Assembly (NCBI GenBank): GCA_009914755.4
Contig: CP068257.2
Coordinates: forward strand, 11,872,001-11,936,000
From: the human T2T-CHM13v2.0 reference genome, Homo sapiens
Length of the DNA: 64,000 bases
Direction: 5' to 3'
Part shown: positions 11,423-26,219 of the stretch, piece after piece
Layout of the letters: every line of letters begins with the position of its first letter
Position numbering within the stretch: position 1 is the stretch's first letter
Translations under genes and position numbers: made by a program
Notes under the pieces: model-generated
What the model was told of the DNA's origin: nothing
What the model saw: only the letters and a program-made list of their open reading frames with translations
The model's database searches: none

Positions 11423-13460
11423 TTAATCCTCTAAAAGAAAAAGCTGATCTGAATAAGGTGAAGGAGAGCTAAGGGAGGTTTTAGTAAACGCTGCATCTGT
11501 AAGTCTTTGCACTAGCCCATAGATGCATGGTATGACACAACACTGGACAAGAATGAGTACACCTACTACAGCTGCAAGAGAAATAAGAATTGAGGCTATG
11601 ATTCCTTTCCATTTAATGAGCCGTTTTTCTAGCCACCCTGTGAAGGGGTCATTCACTCTTGAGTTTTTGGCTAACTCATTGAACAGGGCAGTTAGACCTT
11701 GCAATGCCTTTGTTGTACTTCCATCAGGGGGCGGTGTTGTTTGGGATGAAGGTACAACATTGAGTTTTAATCATGATGCAGACTCCTCCTCTTTCTGCTA
11801 ATATTATGTCTAAGGCTATTCTATTTCCCCAAGCCATCTGGCTAGTAGGCCCTAATTGCTCAGCTATTCCTTTAACAGCATCTCTAGTGTAGTTAATAAA
11901 CCGCTGTTGGTTGTAATAAATGCAATTTATCCAATCTATGTTTTTATTCATTGTCACCCACCAAAATATTGACTCAAATCCTGCAGCTATTTGATCTCTG
12001 GCTTTAAATTTATCTGGTAATCCTCATGGGACCCCAATTACATCTAAATAAATGCGAGAGTCAGAAGACACATAAAGGGCTTCCCTTGTTTTATGATGTT
12101 GTATTTTTCCTCTCTCTGGTTGGTGAAATGCCAGGGTGAAAGGGATAGCCTACTGGACTAGAGTACAAGTGCCACTCCAGTTACTTGGCAGAGAGTCCAG
12201 TAAAGGTCCACCACAATACCACCATACATCTGCTCAGGGATGAACAAGGGCTGACTGATTGGTAAGCTCTTGGAAAGTCTTAAGCTCATTGCATCCTTTC
12301 AGGTCTCCAAGAAACACCAAGTTTCCTCCCTGTCATGAGAGACAATAAGTGAAATTAATGTGGGGAGATGGAAGCTGGATGGCCTTCAGGGGCTGACCTG
12401 CAGAGTGTTGAACTTCGGGATATAGCAGAGAGAGAACTTGACATGACTTGTTACCCCAGGCTGTGTAATCCTGGAAAAGAGCTACCATGCAGCCCATGCC
12501 TGGTCGACTGGAGGACCACCCTAGTGGAAAGGGGTCAATCTGGGCCTCTGGCCTGCCATGCACTCAAGCATAACAATTGCTTTTGTTTCACCTGCAGACG
12601 GAATATTTGATCCATTCCAACCAGGCATTTGCATCTTGATATCCTGTCTCTATTGCTAAAGTTTGTTTTAAATCATTTACTTCTACAGCGTCTACTTTGG
12701 TCCTATCATTAGATGGAGGAGTAACAACTGTTTCATTGTGAGAGGTTTTGGAAGAAGGCTTAGGGGAAGGTGTAGGTGGTGGGGGATCAATGAAACATAT
12801 TTCAAAGTATCTGATAGGGTCTGTTCCTGAAACCTCATCTCCCATACCATAAAAACCAGCTTAAAGAAGGGAACCAGCTTAGAGAAGGGGAAGATCTTTG
12901 AGGGTTTGGGGTAATAACCTGTATTGGATTGCACTGGTTTAGCTGACAGCTAGGTGAAGCTGTTCCTTTAGTAAAATGAATGTATGGCTTTAGGAAATTA
13001 CAACTACTGGTTGAGGCAGTCCATCCTTGCTCTTTAGTGGTCCACAGAACGTTGGACCAACTGCAGCATAAAAGCTCTATGGGGGGCAAGACTCCCAGCT
13101 GATGCCAGGGTCCTCATTGAAATCTTCCCAGACTAAATGATCCCAATTCAATAATGTCCAGTCTGAGAAGAGCCAGGAAGGACAGAGGTACTTTTCTGAA
13201 GTGGAGAGCTGTCTTTGACTTAAAAAGTCTCCATAGGATGTAACAAGGCAAGCATCAAATTTAATAGTTTGAGGTGAAATTGACTTGGTTACATTAATAA
13301 CTAGGTGGTCAGCAATAGAGTGAGGAAAGAAGGAGTAACAGAATAGATGAAAGGAAGTTAAATTTTTCTTAGCTTTAGTTTGGTAGGGTTTTCCCCTGGG
13401 ACTATGGCCCATGACTCTGGAGGGGGTGGCGCTTTCTTGACTCAGGTGTAACGGGTCCAT
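11423..13460 (-). mobile_element. ERV (class I, gammaretrovirus-like) env gene remnant: SU with proline-rich region plus TM. It is frameshifted.
   Basis: Minus ORFs carry SU N-terminus-like sequence (13077-13460) and the SU proline-rich hinge (IDPPPPTPSPKPSSKTS…, 12588-12845). TM has the immunosuppressive domain and CX6CC (NRIALDIILAERGGVCIMIKTQCCTFIPNNT, 11724-11957). TM membrane anchor and cytoplasmic tail follow (…IASILISLAAVVGVLILVQCCVIPCIYGLVQRL…, 11423-11704). Frames differ between pieces. Confidence 0.8.
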
Positions 13461-13487
13461 CCTTTTTCTGCTATTCGGACTGCGGTT

Positions 13488-14340
13488 TCAGTAGTTAGGA
13501 GCATTAGGTAAGGTCCTTCCCAGGCCAGTTCCAGCTTTTCCTTCTCTCCAAATTTTGATGGGGACGTGGTCCCCAGGCTGATGTTGGTGTACTGGGAACT
13601 CTAGAGGTGGCACCTGTGCTAAAAGACCTTTAGTTCTGAGGGAAGATAAAATGGAAGATAAACCAAGTATATAATTTCTGAGAAACTGATCTTTTGTTTC
13701 AAATGTAGGAAGATCAGTAGTAGAATGTAGATAAGGTGATCCATAAAGCATCTCTTAAGGGGATAGGCCTGTGTCTTTTGGGGGAGCAGTTCAGACTCTT
13801 AACAGGGTAATAGGCCTTTCTACTTTCCCTAATGAAGATGAGTGCCAGGGAGTATGATAATCCCATGCTACATCCAGTACCTGGGATAATTTCTTAATGA
13901 CATGTGCCGTGAAATGAGTCCTATTATCTGAATTAATGTTTTCTATTAATCTAAACCTGGGTATAATATTTTCAACTAATGCCTTGACTACATTATTAGC
14001 AGTTGTACTTGAAAAGGGAATAGCTTCTACCCAATGAGTAAGGTGATCTACTATTACTAATAAATATTTCAGACGACCAATTGGAGGCATCTGTGTGTAA
14101 TCAATCTGGATACTTTGGAATGGCCTTAAGCCTGGACTCCTTCCCCCAAAGGGTAATCTTTTACTAAGCAACTATCTGTAACCTGTTTGGCCAGGGTATA
14201 AATTCCTATGCACCCATAAACTCTGAGGACTGCATCACACATGGCTTGGGACCCACAATCGGTCCCTTGATGCAGTTGGAACAAGAACTCCCTTATAAGG
14301 GGCTTGGATAACATTTCTCTCTGGTCTAGCAATATCCATT
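13488..14340 (-). mobile_element. ERV pol remnant: integrase only (zinc-binding N-terminus, DDE core, C-terminus). The provirus is truncated upstream, with no RT, gag or 5'LTR in place.
   Basis: Minus ORF 13791-14171 reads …QIDYTQMPPIGRLKYLLVIVDHLTHWVEAIPFSSTTANNVVKALVENIIPRF…SDNRTHFTA… (retroviral IN catalytic core). ORF 14126-14332 is an HHCC-like N-terminus. ORF 13488-13751 is the IN C-terminus. Sequence right of ~14340 is AT-rich and non-coding. Confidence 0.8.
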
Positions 14341-16518
14341 TTCCTTCTAAATTCTCTTTAGCACCTATTTTTATTAGTTTTTAGACCAAAGAAAGCCAAA
14401 CACCATTTTATATTTGACAATGCTTCCTGTATGATTTTATACCAGATAAGCTAAATTTCACCTTTATATTAGTGTGCCATTAATGTTAAACTCAATTTTA
14501 ATAAAACCTTGTAGGCATATTTATCCAATTTTAATGTCTGACCATAAGGTAAGATTTTTATAGACTCTTTTTAAGCCTTTATAATTTTTGTTAAAGAACA
14601 GGTTAGTGCTTTAAGAAAAACCCGTCGTGCTTTTATTTTAATGTCCAGTTTACAGAAAAACTGTACCAGTCAGCCTGAGCTCCTGTTATCTGAGTAACTT
14701 TGCAAGGAACTTGGGTACCCTCTTTAGTGAAAAACATAATATTCGGAGACATTTTTGCATACTAGGAATAGGAAAAAGTGTGTGAGAGGATAAGCAGAGA
14801 ATCATATTTTCTGGACAAGGCACACTGTACTCCAACTATAATACACAGTAAACGTACTACTGTAAGCAGTAATACATTTAAAAAGTGTGCCATCTGGGTC
14901 AAAGAAATCAAAAAAACAAAACACCACAAAACCTGCGTAGGAAATCCATTCTGCTATTTTCTAGCTTTATAATATTGCACCGTATTCTTAATGCTTCTTT
15001 ATCTTATTTTTATCATATGTAAAATGAAAGGAATGAATATATCCTAGAGATATTTTAAAGCTTAAAAAGATGTAAAACTATTACTACATTTCTTGTTGTT
15101 CAATGTCAACTCAGTTGTAATTAGTACTAGTACCACAAAATATCATTTGTTTTATGCATAAAATTAGAATATGCAAAAATATTGTAAAATTTTGGAAGTG
15201 TTGTATTATTGTAAAATGTTTTACTACGTTTTTATACTTACTTTTTTTACTTATACTTTTTTGTATTTAATTTTTTTCTTAAATGCTAATGCACATTTGT
15301 TTTCTTTTTATTTTGTTATTTCTTAAATAACTCGGAATGCTTTGGCTCAGAAACATGTTTTTCCCTTCACTAATAGGAATTATTGAATCCCTTTAGGAGA
15401 CTCTAAAGACTGAGTCTGGAAAACAATTGGTTAACATTATACCAGACTGTGACTAGAACCCAGTAAAAAAAGATAGGAATAGCCTTGAATGCTATAAAAG
15501 AGGAAAAGCCTAAAATAGCCTGTAGTGGTGAATCCCCAAAAGTCTTGGTCTTGTAAGTGATCAAGGAGGGGTAAATTTATGATGAAATCTAAGGTCTTGA
15601 AATAGGGTTCTGTCATTTTCAGAGCTTACTTGGGCAATTTAAAAATGAAACGTCAACTGAATTAAAAAGTCCACATAGAAAAAATTATAATATCTACCAA
15701 GTACTAATATAAAAATACTCTAAGAAGGTAAGATCATAAAAATCTAGGGGGAAAATATTTTATACTAAGATTCAGACTCCTACTATCATGAAGATAGGTG
15801 GTAGAGAATTATAACTCATCTCTGGTTCCCCAGATTATTTTATCAGTATTAAACAGAAGTTAACATAGGCCAATACATAACACACCAGTAAATAATTTGT
15901 TCAGGTGGTTGTTTTTCATGAACAACATATATTAAGCAGCCACTGTGACGAAGGGTTTGTGAAAGTGTTGAAAGTAAATGCCTTCTGCTGGTTAGTCATG
16001 CCCTTTTACATTTTACTGTATCTTTCACACCATTCATAGATGTGTCTTCATGTGCTGTCAGATATATAGTGCAGTATAAAATGCATTCGTATCTAGATCT
16101 ATCACATGCTGTATATCACGTATCATATACTTATAAATAGATCTGTTATCTCTGTGGCTTGGAGATATGCACCTATCATTACTCCAAAGTTGGTGTGAGT
16201 GGTACTGTTTTCAAAGGGAGAGATAATAGTATATTAACCATTTATTTATAAGGCAATGTCATTTTCTCAATGTCATCAAAGTCTATATCTTAAGTTTTAA
16301 AATAAAGAATACAAAGTAGGAAATTTAAAAAATATACAATGGAGAAAGAATACTTAAAATCACTAAAGTTTATTTCATGAGTTTTTATTATCATTACAGT
16401 TTGCTTCGAATCAATCAACTGACCTTTCCCACAGGCCAAGTTGATTTGCTTTAAGATTACAGTGAATCCACTTGTAAGTGTATGGAGACAGGGCTAAAGT
16501 GGTAACAGTCTCATAAGT

Positions 16519-17494
16519 TTACTTTGTTTCTAGGAAAAGAACGTTTCTTATGACTACAGAAACCTGACCAAGCTTCTGATACCGACTCTTCAGTTTTGAC
16601 ATAGCTGCCTTCACTTCTTTGTTTCTTAGCATGTAGATTACAGGGTTTAAAATAGACGTGAAGATGGTGTAGAATACAGCAAGGACTTTGTCAACTGAGT
16701 AACTGCTGAAGGGCCACACATAGATGAAAATACACGGTCCAAAGAATAAAGTGACCACAGTGATGTGAGCAGTCAATGTGGAGCAGGCCTTCACCATGCT
16801 TACAGAGGAGCTATTCCTAACTGTAACAAGTATTACAGTGTAGGAGACAACCAAGAGGAGAAAGGAACTCAGAGAAAGAAAGCCACTATCTGCAACTATT
16901 AGTAGGCTGACAACATAAGTGTCTATGCAGGCTAACTTGGTCACTAGAGGAAGGTCACAGAAAAAAACTATCTACCTTATTAGGACCACAAAATGGCAGA
17001 TTAACAGTGAATGCCAACTGGCTGGTGGTATGGATGAAGCCCACAAACCAGGAAATGAGGAAGAGCACAACACATACACAGCAGCTCATGATTGTCATGT
17101 AGTGGGGAGGTTTGCATATAGCAACATAACGGTCATAGGCCATGGAAACTAGGAGCACCATTTCACTGCCAGTGAAGAGATGAACAAAGAAAATCTGGGC
17201 CAGGCGGGCATCAAAAGAAATAGTCTTGTGCTCAACCAGAAAGTCTGCAATCATTTTAGGGGTAGCAGAAGAGGCAACACATACGTCTATAAATGACAGG
17301 TTGGCAAGCAGAAAGTACATGGGGGTGTGAAGGCGGGAATCTGAGGTCACAGTGAGGATGATGAGAAAGTTGCCCAACAGAATTGCTAGATAAAGTAGTG
17401 AAAATATAAGAAACAAGAAAGGTTGGAGCTCCCTTGAACTAGACAGTCCCAGCAACACAAATTCTGTCACCCAAGAATGATTTGTCTCATTCAT
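16519..17494 (-). pseudogene. Olfactory receptor, class II family 4-like (OR4K-like by memory). Single-exon 7TM ORF is interrupted by one +1 frameshift in an A7/T7 homopolymer at 16961-16967. Otherwise full length: start ATG at 17494, stop at 16519-16521.
   Basis: N-terminal ORF 16955-17494: MNETNHSWVTEFVLLGLSSSRELQPFLF…GNFLIILTV…PMYFLLANLSFIDVC…MAYDRYVAICKP…PFCGPNKVDSFFL*. C-terminal ORF 16519-16944: …KLACIDTY…KACSTLTAHITVV…NPVIYMLRNKEVKAAM…. Re-reading the junction: the sequence gtagatagtttttttctgtgaccttcctcta would read SFFCDLPLVTKLACIDT with six T instead of seven. All canonical OR motifs are present. Confidence 0.85.
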
Positions 17495-20400
17495 TGAATT
17501 TTGGAAGGGACTTAATTTCAGCTACATGAATAGGAGAGAAACAGAGATCAGTTAATGAAGTGAGCATGGGTTTGGTTTTCTAATTACACTTAAACTTTTC
17601 AGAATTCCAATTCCTATTCCTATGTATGTGTCTGGGTTTTCATGAGTTATTACAAGTTATACAGCTAAGTGTGGAAGATTGGGTTAAAGGGGAGAGTTGT
17701 CAAGGAGATGTTCAACCAACTGGGATATCTAAATACATTAATTTAAGAAATAAAATCGACAATTTAAAAATGAATTTGAGCATCTGAAGTTTTTGTGACA
17801 CTACAGAAATCCCGTCTAAAAGTCTACAGAGACAAAATCTAAACCAATTTTTCTAAAGTAAATGATAGTAAAAATTTTTTGAACATCTGCCACAGAGGAA
17901 GATAATTTCACAAACTTGATGACTAAAAAAGTTAGACACAAAAGAGTATACACTGTATTGGTCTATTTAAATGAAGTTCAAAAATGGCAAAACTAAGGTG
18001 TAGAAAAACCTCATAGCAGTTATCCTTAAGGGACAGGAAGTGGTCATGGGAGGGGTTTCTGAAGTGCTGGTAATATTCTTTCTTGATGTGGTTGATAGTT
18101 ACATGGGAGTGTTTACTTTATGAAAACTTACTGAAATATGAACTTTTGCTTTTTTCTCTTTTGTATACATACGTTGCATAATTATGAAAATTAAAATAGA
18201 AAGAGAGACAGCATTAGATTTGTGTAAGAGAGCTCACAGGAGAAATCATTGCCTTAAGTGATTATATCTTATTTCTTCTCTACAGTTAAACATTATGTAA
18301 ACGAAAGTACAGAACCCTGGCAAAATTGAAAGGCCCCAATATTATTGGAACTCTTTTATGATTCAGCTTTTCATGGAGTTCTACTTTATCATGAAATCTA
18401 GCACACTGGTTCCTTTCAATTAATCCCTGAAGGTATGAAGCGTCTTTAAACTTAGCCATTGGTGTTACTAACCATAGACAGTTTATTGAGCTATGATTGA
18501 TATTTCATTTGATGTGACGTGGCTTAAAAACGTATAAGTTATATTGCTTACTATAAATACTAATATAACTAATAAGTTATATTACTTATTACTAAGGAAA
18601 TCAGACCAGAAAAAAAAGATTTTTCTTTTCTACTCAGTTACTCTATATTCTATGTTATCAGAACTTTCTTCCTTTTATGTTATTTTTATTTGTAGAAGCT
18701 ATTTAGAACTTAGAAAAGTTTTATGGTAAATAAGAAAAAATAAAATGTGAATTTTAAAGGAGCATTACATTATCTGATTTTGAAGAATCTTTCTCTACAT
18801 CTTAATCAGGTCTTGGGAGAGGATGTCTTTTATTTTACTCATTTCTAACCACTTGCAATTTTTGATATTAATGTCTTCTTAGATCATAGCTGCAAATTGC
18901 TAAGTCTCTCTTTGGGTTAGACTGGAGGGTTTATTTATAAGAACAGAACGTGTGATAAATAATTTTAACTCCCAGAAACCAAATTTAGACTCACCTCTGT
19001 ATTTCAAATCTCCAATTCTCCCAAAAAAATACAAATTTTCTCCCTTATTTGCAAATGATGTGTTCCAAGACCTCCAGTGGATGCTTGAAACCACTGATAG
19101 TACTGATTCCTATATAAGCTATATTTTTCCTATACATGCATACCTAAAATAAAGTTTAATTTATAAATTGGGCACAGTGAGAGATGAACAGTAATAACTA
19201 ACAATAAAATAAAAAAGTATAACAAGATACTGAAATAGCATTTATGTGAATGTGTTTCTTTTTTTCCTCTCTCTCGCTCTCAAAATAGGTTAATATTTTT
19301 GGACCACAGTTGACCTGAGGTAACTGAAACTGCTGAAAACAAAACCATGGATAAGGGAGAACTCTTGTATTATCACAGATTATATCAAAACTATGGCTCT
19401 AGGCTTTTTAGAAGAGTTTAACAAGTGGAGCTTGAAGGTAAGGCAGGCTACCGAAAAAAATTATACAAATCTCTCTTTCTTCTCACTTCCCAGAAGTCCT
19501 GACCCTTCAATCCTGTGACGTAAATACTGCATTGAATCCCTAAGGCATGAATAGAAGTAAAATCTAACAAAATCAGTGAATAGGAGTTCATAGGTACTCC
19601 ATCAGAAAGAGCAAAGCAATAAGCACAAGGAACGAGTGTCCTATGGAGACCCTCCAGTGCTGCATTAGAGAGGGGCATCAGGAGGCATTTCTGAGCACAG
19701 AAACTTCCTGGTGTCTTTAGGCTAAGACACATAATCCAACTATGTGAAAGACAGTCATAAGAATCATCCTCCTGATAGCTTTTCTGACTCTTCTGCAGAG
19801 CTGTATTGTTCCATTTTCATTGGCTTCTTCAGGTGCTCAGTAAAGGAAAATACCCTGTTTTTCATGGAGAAAACATTGGGCAAATTGATTCAATCAAGAA
19901 ATTTCTTAGTATATAAGATTAAAGTGGTAGAACACATGAACTCTGAACCTGTTTCTTACCTAAATCCATTCTTTTTTAGTTCACTTACTTTATATAAATT
20001 TAAATGCCTGCTTTTCCCCAGGCACTGTGCTATGCACTGGTGATGAGGCAGTTAGGTTTATAACTTGTCTCCCTAAAAATTATTTGCTAATATTAATAAC
20101 CCTTTCCTTATTTAGACAAGCTGATGAATTCACTTCCCTTTACCCCTAGTACATTCCCTATTAGATAAAATGGACTGTATTTTTGTTCCCAATAAAATCG
20201 CTGTACTGTAGTGAAAACAAAGCTATTATTTTAAAATGTTCTGTGTTGTATCACTGGGTAACTGTGTGATGCTGAGCAGTTCCTTTAGCCATTCAGGGAT
20301 TATTATCATCAAATATTAAATCTTGAGACTATTAACCTCAAAGAGACACTAAAAATATTTCTTAAAAGATTATATAAATGAAAATTCTTTAACCAACTGT

Positions 20401-23185
20401 ACTAAGTATATGTATGCATTCTTAGTAATGTATTATTTTAGATCAGAAGAAGTATTTTCTCATAATTTTACATTATGTGGTCTGACTCACACAAGAATGA
20501 GTTTCCAATAAGTAGATGTTTTATGTAAAGACGTTTTTTAAAAAAAAATTCTTGAAAATTTGAAGATGGATTAATGCATGTATACAGGGCTGTGCTCAGC
20601 AAATCTCAGTTCCCTCCTATTTTAAATTCTGTCAAATGAATCTTGCCTCAATATTTCTATCTCAGATATTATGACTGATAGATGAAGTGAAATAAATAGG
20701 TATCGTTTACAGGGGCCACCAAACTCTACAAGTTCAAATAGGTATCTTTCACAAACTTGCCAATATTGCTGTTCCCCTGAACCCCTCTCCCACTCCAAAT
20801 GCAGATCAGAGAAATAGCAGTCTCTCTATTATAGACTATATTGGAGACAAATGCTGGTGCATGGTCTTCAGAAGGATGCTGACAAAACACTTTTACTTAC
20901 CTAAGATGAAATGGAAAGTGTGGAGCTATCCTATAATCTATAGTCATTAATGCTTGGGAAGAATTTCGTTGTTACTTCCACATCTCCTAAGAAAACAGAA
21001 CAATCCCTCAGGAGATAAGTCATAAAGAATTTACTTCTAAAGACAGAAGTGGATTCAGGGTGTCTGTAGCTGAGTTGTCTTCAAGGAGGTGAGACAGGTC
21101 TGGATGCTGTATTTTAATCTAAGTCTTAGGCAACTAGAGGAGCATTTGGAGCAGTCAGAAATCTGAAAGGAGAAAAAGAGTAGACTGAAAAGAAGAAATG
21201 CTGAAAACAAAATCTTCTGCTTCACAATTTTGCAAAGGATTCAGCCTCACTGGATCTATAAAACTGGAGAATGTTTTAGGAAGTACCATCAATAATAGCG
21301 ATTTTTATATGATTTGGGATCTGTAAAGACTCTGAAGTAGTAAGATACTGCATTATTTTATCAAAAATTTCATCAGGGAAGATTTAGGGTTTTCTTCCTT
21401 TCATCTGACTTTCCCTCGATTCAAAGTGTAGGTGACTTTTTACTTGCTTCTGACAGATATATATAATCATTATATAACTAAATCAAACATCTTGTGCAGT
21501 AGTGATATAATGAATTTACCATAATAGTAGTAATATTTTAAAATATATTTTAAGGAATTATACATGGGATATGCTTTTGTTCACAAATAGAATATATATC
21601 CAGCAAGAAATGTTAAATTTCATTAGTGGTTTATATGACTACTTTCTAGTCATAGATTAACAAGGAGCATTCTAAACTATAAGCTTTAAAAACCTGAAGT
21701 TCAAATCAATGGATGCTGGCCAAAGACATTATGGACTATCAAAAATGTATTAGCCATATTGAGTACAATGTACACTACTTGTGTTTGTGGGTGATAGGTG
21801 AACTAAAAATCTTATACTTCACTACTATATAATTTATCAATGTAACCAAAAACTGCTTGTTATCCTAAAAGTTATTGAGATAAAAGAATATATTAATTTT
21901 TAAAAATTAAATACATGTATTAGCCTAGGATATAGAAAATATATTTTCCAATTCTATCTTTCACTAAATAACTTTATAATTGTAAGCAAATTACATACCC
22001 TCCCAGGTGCTCTGTGTTTCCTCAAAAAAAGAGTAGAATTCCCTCTCCCAAATGCAGTCTCCGGTTTTTGAAAAACATGATCCAAACTGTGTAAGTCAAT
22101 TCAAAGATAAGAATAATTATAAAATATTATATTGAAATTAAAGTATATCCAATCAAAAGCATAAAACAGCTGGTTTTAGTAAAGTGATGGCAGCAGTCAC
22201 TCTTCAGAGTTAGGTATTGGGACAACGGTAAATAGGTAAAATGGGCATAGAATATTCAAAGATTAATTTAAAACAATACGGAGGAGAATTGACTGTCTCT
22301 GGTCTCTGTTCTGTTCTGACTCAATCTCTGTCCCTGGCCTTAAAATATCAGCACCTACCCAGGAAAACAATATTCACCAGGAGCCATTGGATGAGGGACA
22401 AAGATAGAGAACCCATGTCTTTTCCAGACTTCAGTCTTCACCTTTTACACTCTGCAGTATCAGTATACTCAGCACACTGATATAAGAAAAGCCATCACGA
22501 TTATTACAAGCTAATTAGGAATTTGACGTCACTGGACGGTAGTGACCAAGAGACCCAGAGGAGAGTTGTGATAGCAGAAATACCTTAATCAGGGATAATT
22601 ACGTGAGACAATTTGTTTGCCCACAATAATTATGGTGCATCACCTTGAGGATTTCACAAATGGAAGAAGCAGCAGGCCTAATGGAAATGCTTTGTTCTGT
22701 AAGAGATGTAACACTTTTTTTAAAAAGCAATGAGTAATTTTGTTAGCTAATTCTTTATGTTTCCGAAGAGCTTTAGAAAAGCACTATTGGGAGTGTCAAA
22801 AATTGATGGGGAGTCATCATGTGACTGTGCATATTACACGGCAAACACCTTGGCATTTTGACAGCTTCACAAAAGCCATGTGCTTGGTTTCTAGGGCAAG
22901 GATTTTAGAGTAAAAAAGTGAAAGCTGCTTTATTAATACAATAGAGATACTGTATCCTACAGAGTAGATTCTAGTAAAGAGACTCCAAATAATTTTGCAA
23001 ACATTTATACTTCTGAGTTCAAATAAAGAATTTGAGCATTAATGGGACTCTAGGTTCATAATACAAAACTCAAGACTCTAGTACCATACAGTCTAGATGT
23101 GTCATGATCAAAACTCCCCTGTGCACCCCTTTACAGATAACCTCTTCCCCTCCTCAAACACCTGGAAACCATTCTTCTGTTTTCC

Positions 23186-24810
23186 ATGCCTACAGATGTG
23201 TGTTTTCCAGAACATGAGACAAATGAAATTGTACAATGTGTAGCCTTTTCAACTGTCTTCTTTCATTTAGCAATATACATTCAAGATTCATTCTTGTTGT
23301 TGCATGGATTAATAGCTCTTTCTTTGTTACATGGAATAGTATCCCACTGTATTTCTACCACAGTTTGTGTATCCATTTGTATATTGAAGGACTTCTTGGT
23401 TGCTTTTTCTCTGTTTTTGGTGATTATGAATAAAACTGCTATAAACATTTTTTGTAAGTTTTTATGTTTATGTTATTTTTCAAGTCAGGTGGAGGATTTG
23501 ATTTGATAAGAAGAAATATTTGATTCTATTTTAAACTCTGAAATTAGGTGCAAACAGATTAGGATTGGTATGTCTTCATGATTGATTAAGCCCCTTATAT
23601 GACATGCTTCTCTTTACTTTTGATTATATTTTTTCTTCTGAAATCTACAGAGTCAGATATTGATGTGACTGCTTTAGCTCCTTTATAATTACTATTTGCA
23701 TTGTATTGTATATCTTTGTTCATCTTTTTATGTTTAAGTAGTCTGTGTCTTTATATTTAAAGTGGATTCAAGGTAGGCAGCAAATAGTTGGCTTTTGCTT
23801 GTATTGTTCATTCTAGCAATGCCTGCCTTTTAGTAGACTTCTTATACTATTTACATATAATGTAAATGATATGTTGGGTTTATATCTACTACCTTGCTAC
23901 TTTTTTTTAATTTGGGACTTCCTTTACTTTCCGTTTTTGTGGTAGAATTATATCAACCATGATATGTCTTGCTTTTGTTTGACTTACAAAGTCTTCATTT
24001 CACTTTCATTTTGAAGGATATTTTACATACTTAAATGATTGTGTTGACTGTTGTTTTCATTCTGTTTTTTTAACAATTCTAATCCTGTTTTATAATAAGT
24101 ATTCAGTTATTCAAATCCTGGTTTTTCAGTATATGGTTGTTCTTTTATCCATGGCTACCGTAAGATATTTTCTGTATGACAAGTTTCCCATATGAATTGT
24201 GATATGTCTTCTTGTGATTTTCTTTTGATTTATCTTGCTTGAGGTTGGTAGAACTTCTTGACTTTTTTTATTATAACTTTCAATCAAATTGAGAACATTT
24301 TGGTCCCCATTTTATCCTTTCCTCTGGAACTCCAGTTACATACGTGTTAGGCCAGTTGGCATTCTCTTGCATATTGCTGTGACTCTGTTCAGTTTTTCCT
24401 TTCACATTTTTGTCTCTGTACTTTGGTTTAGAGATTTTCTATTGCTGTGTCTTCTAGTTTACTGATCATTTCCTTTGTGGTGTCTAACATTTTTCACCTC
24501 ACGAAATCTTGATGTTGTTAATATATTCCATTCCTCTCTTCATTCTGTTTATATTTTTTATTTATATACTTGAGCATATTTATGACAGCTCTCTTAAAGT
24601 TATTTTATTCTAATTTCCACATCTTGGTAATTTCTGAGCTTATTTGAATCAGTTTCCAATTCTACTCATTATGATGTATATTTTTATGCTTTTTTACATT
24701 TATCAATGGTGGACGCTAAAAATATTTCTGAGTGCTGGATTCTTTCTTTTTTTATTCAAAAGTAGTAGTCTTTGTTCAGTCGCAAAGTTACTTGTGGGCT
24801 AGGCTAATTA
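23186..24810 (-). mobile_element. Old L1 (L1M-type) fragment in antisense
   Basis: T-rich antisense L1 ORF2 C-terminal homology (…ccactgtatttctaccacagtttgtgtatccatttgtatattgaaggacttcttggttgctttt…). Plus-strand ORFs 23186-23506 are antisense artefacts. Confidence 0.5.
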
Positions 24811-24903
24811 TGTCATTTTATTTTTAAATATTTTAGGGTGGGTTTAGAGTAGGCTTCTCTAAGCTACTTTAGCCTTAGTATTAAGGAATTATCTGGTATT
24901 TAA

Positions 24904-25403
<500 letters not shown>

Positions 25404-25539
25404 TGAGTAAACTCACACAGTTCAGCTTATAGCTCTACAAAATTTTTTCTTGATTTTAGAAGATTTAGCCTTTGTGTATTCATCTTACTATTCAATAAAC
25501 AACTCAAGTGGGCCCCATAGAAACTTCTGAAGAGTTTTT

Positions 25540-25572
25540 CTGTTTTGTTGTTGTTGTTGTTGTTGTTGTCGT
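25540..25572. repeat. (TTG)n simple repeat
   Basis: tgttgttgttgttgttgttgttgttgtcgtc. Confidence 0.9.
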
Positions 25573-25830
25573 CCTGGATGTAGATTTTGGCCATCGCCAG
25601 CTCTCTGAACTCCATTTTCTGTTTCTAACTCATCAGGTCAACTGTACTCTGCTTTGAATTGCCTTTGCTGCCCTGAAATGTAGAAAGTACCTCCAAGGAG
25701 GAAACTAGGTTGATCATAATATTAATCTTATATTTTATTCTCTCAAGGATCTTAGTCTTGTGTTGCATGTAGACTAATGCTTAAACACAATGTAGTGGTA
25801 TATTTTATCCAGTTTTCTTGTTGATTATGA

Positions 25831-26210
<380 letters not shown>

Positions 26211-26219
26211 AAAGAAAAA

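Noticed and set aside
16919-17152. 77-aa plus-strand ORF overlapping the OR gene
   Set aside because: It is the antisense strand of the OR coding sequence. It has no independent support.
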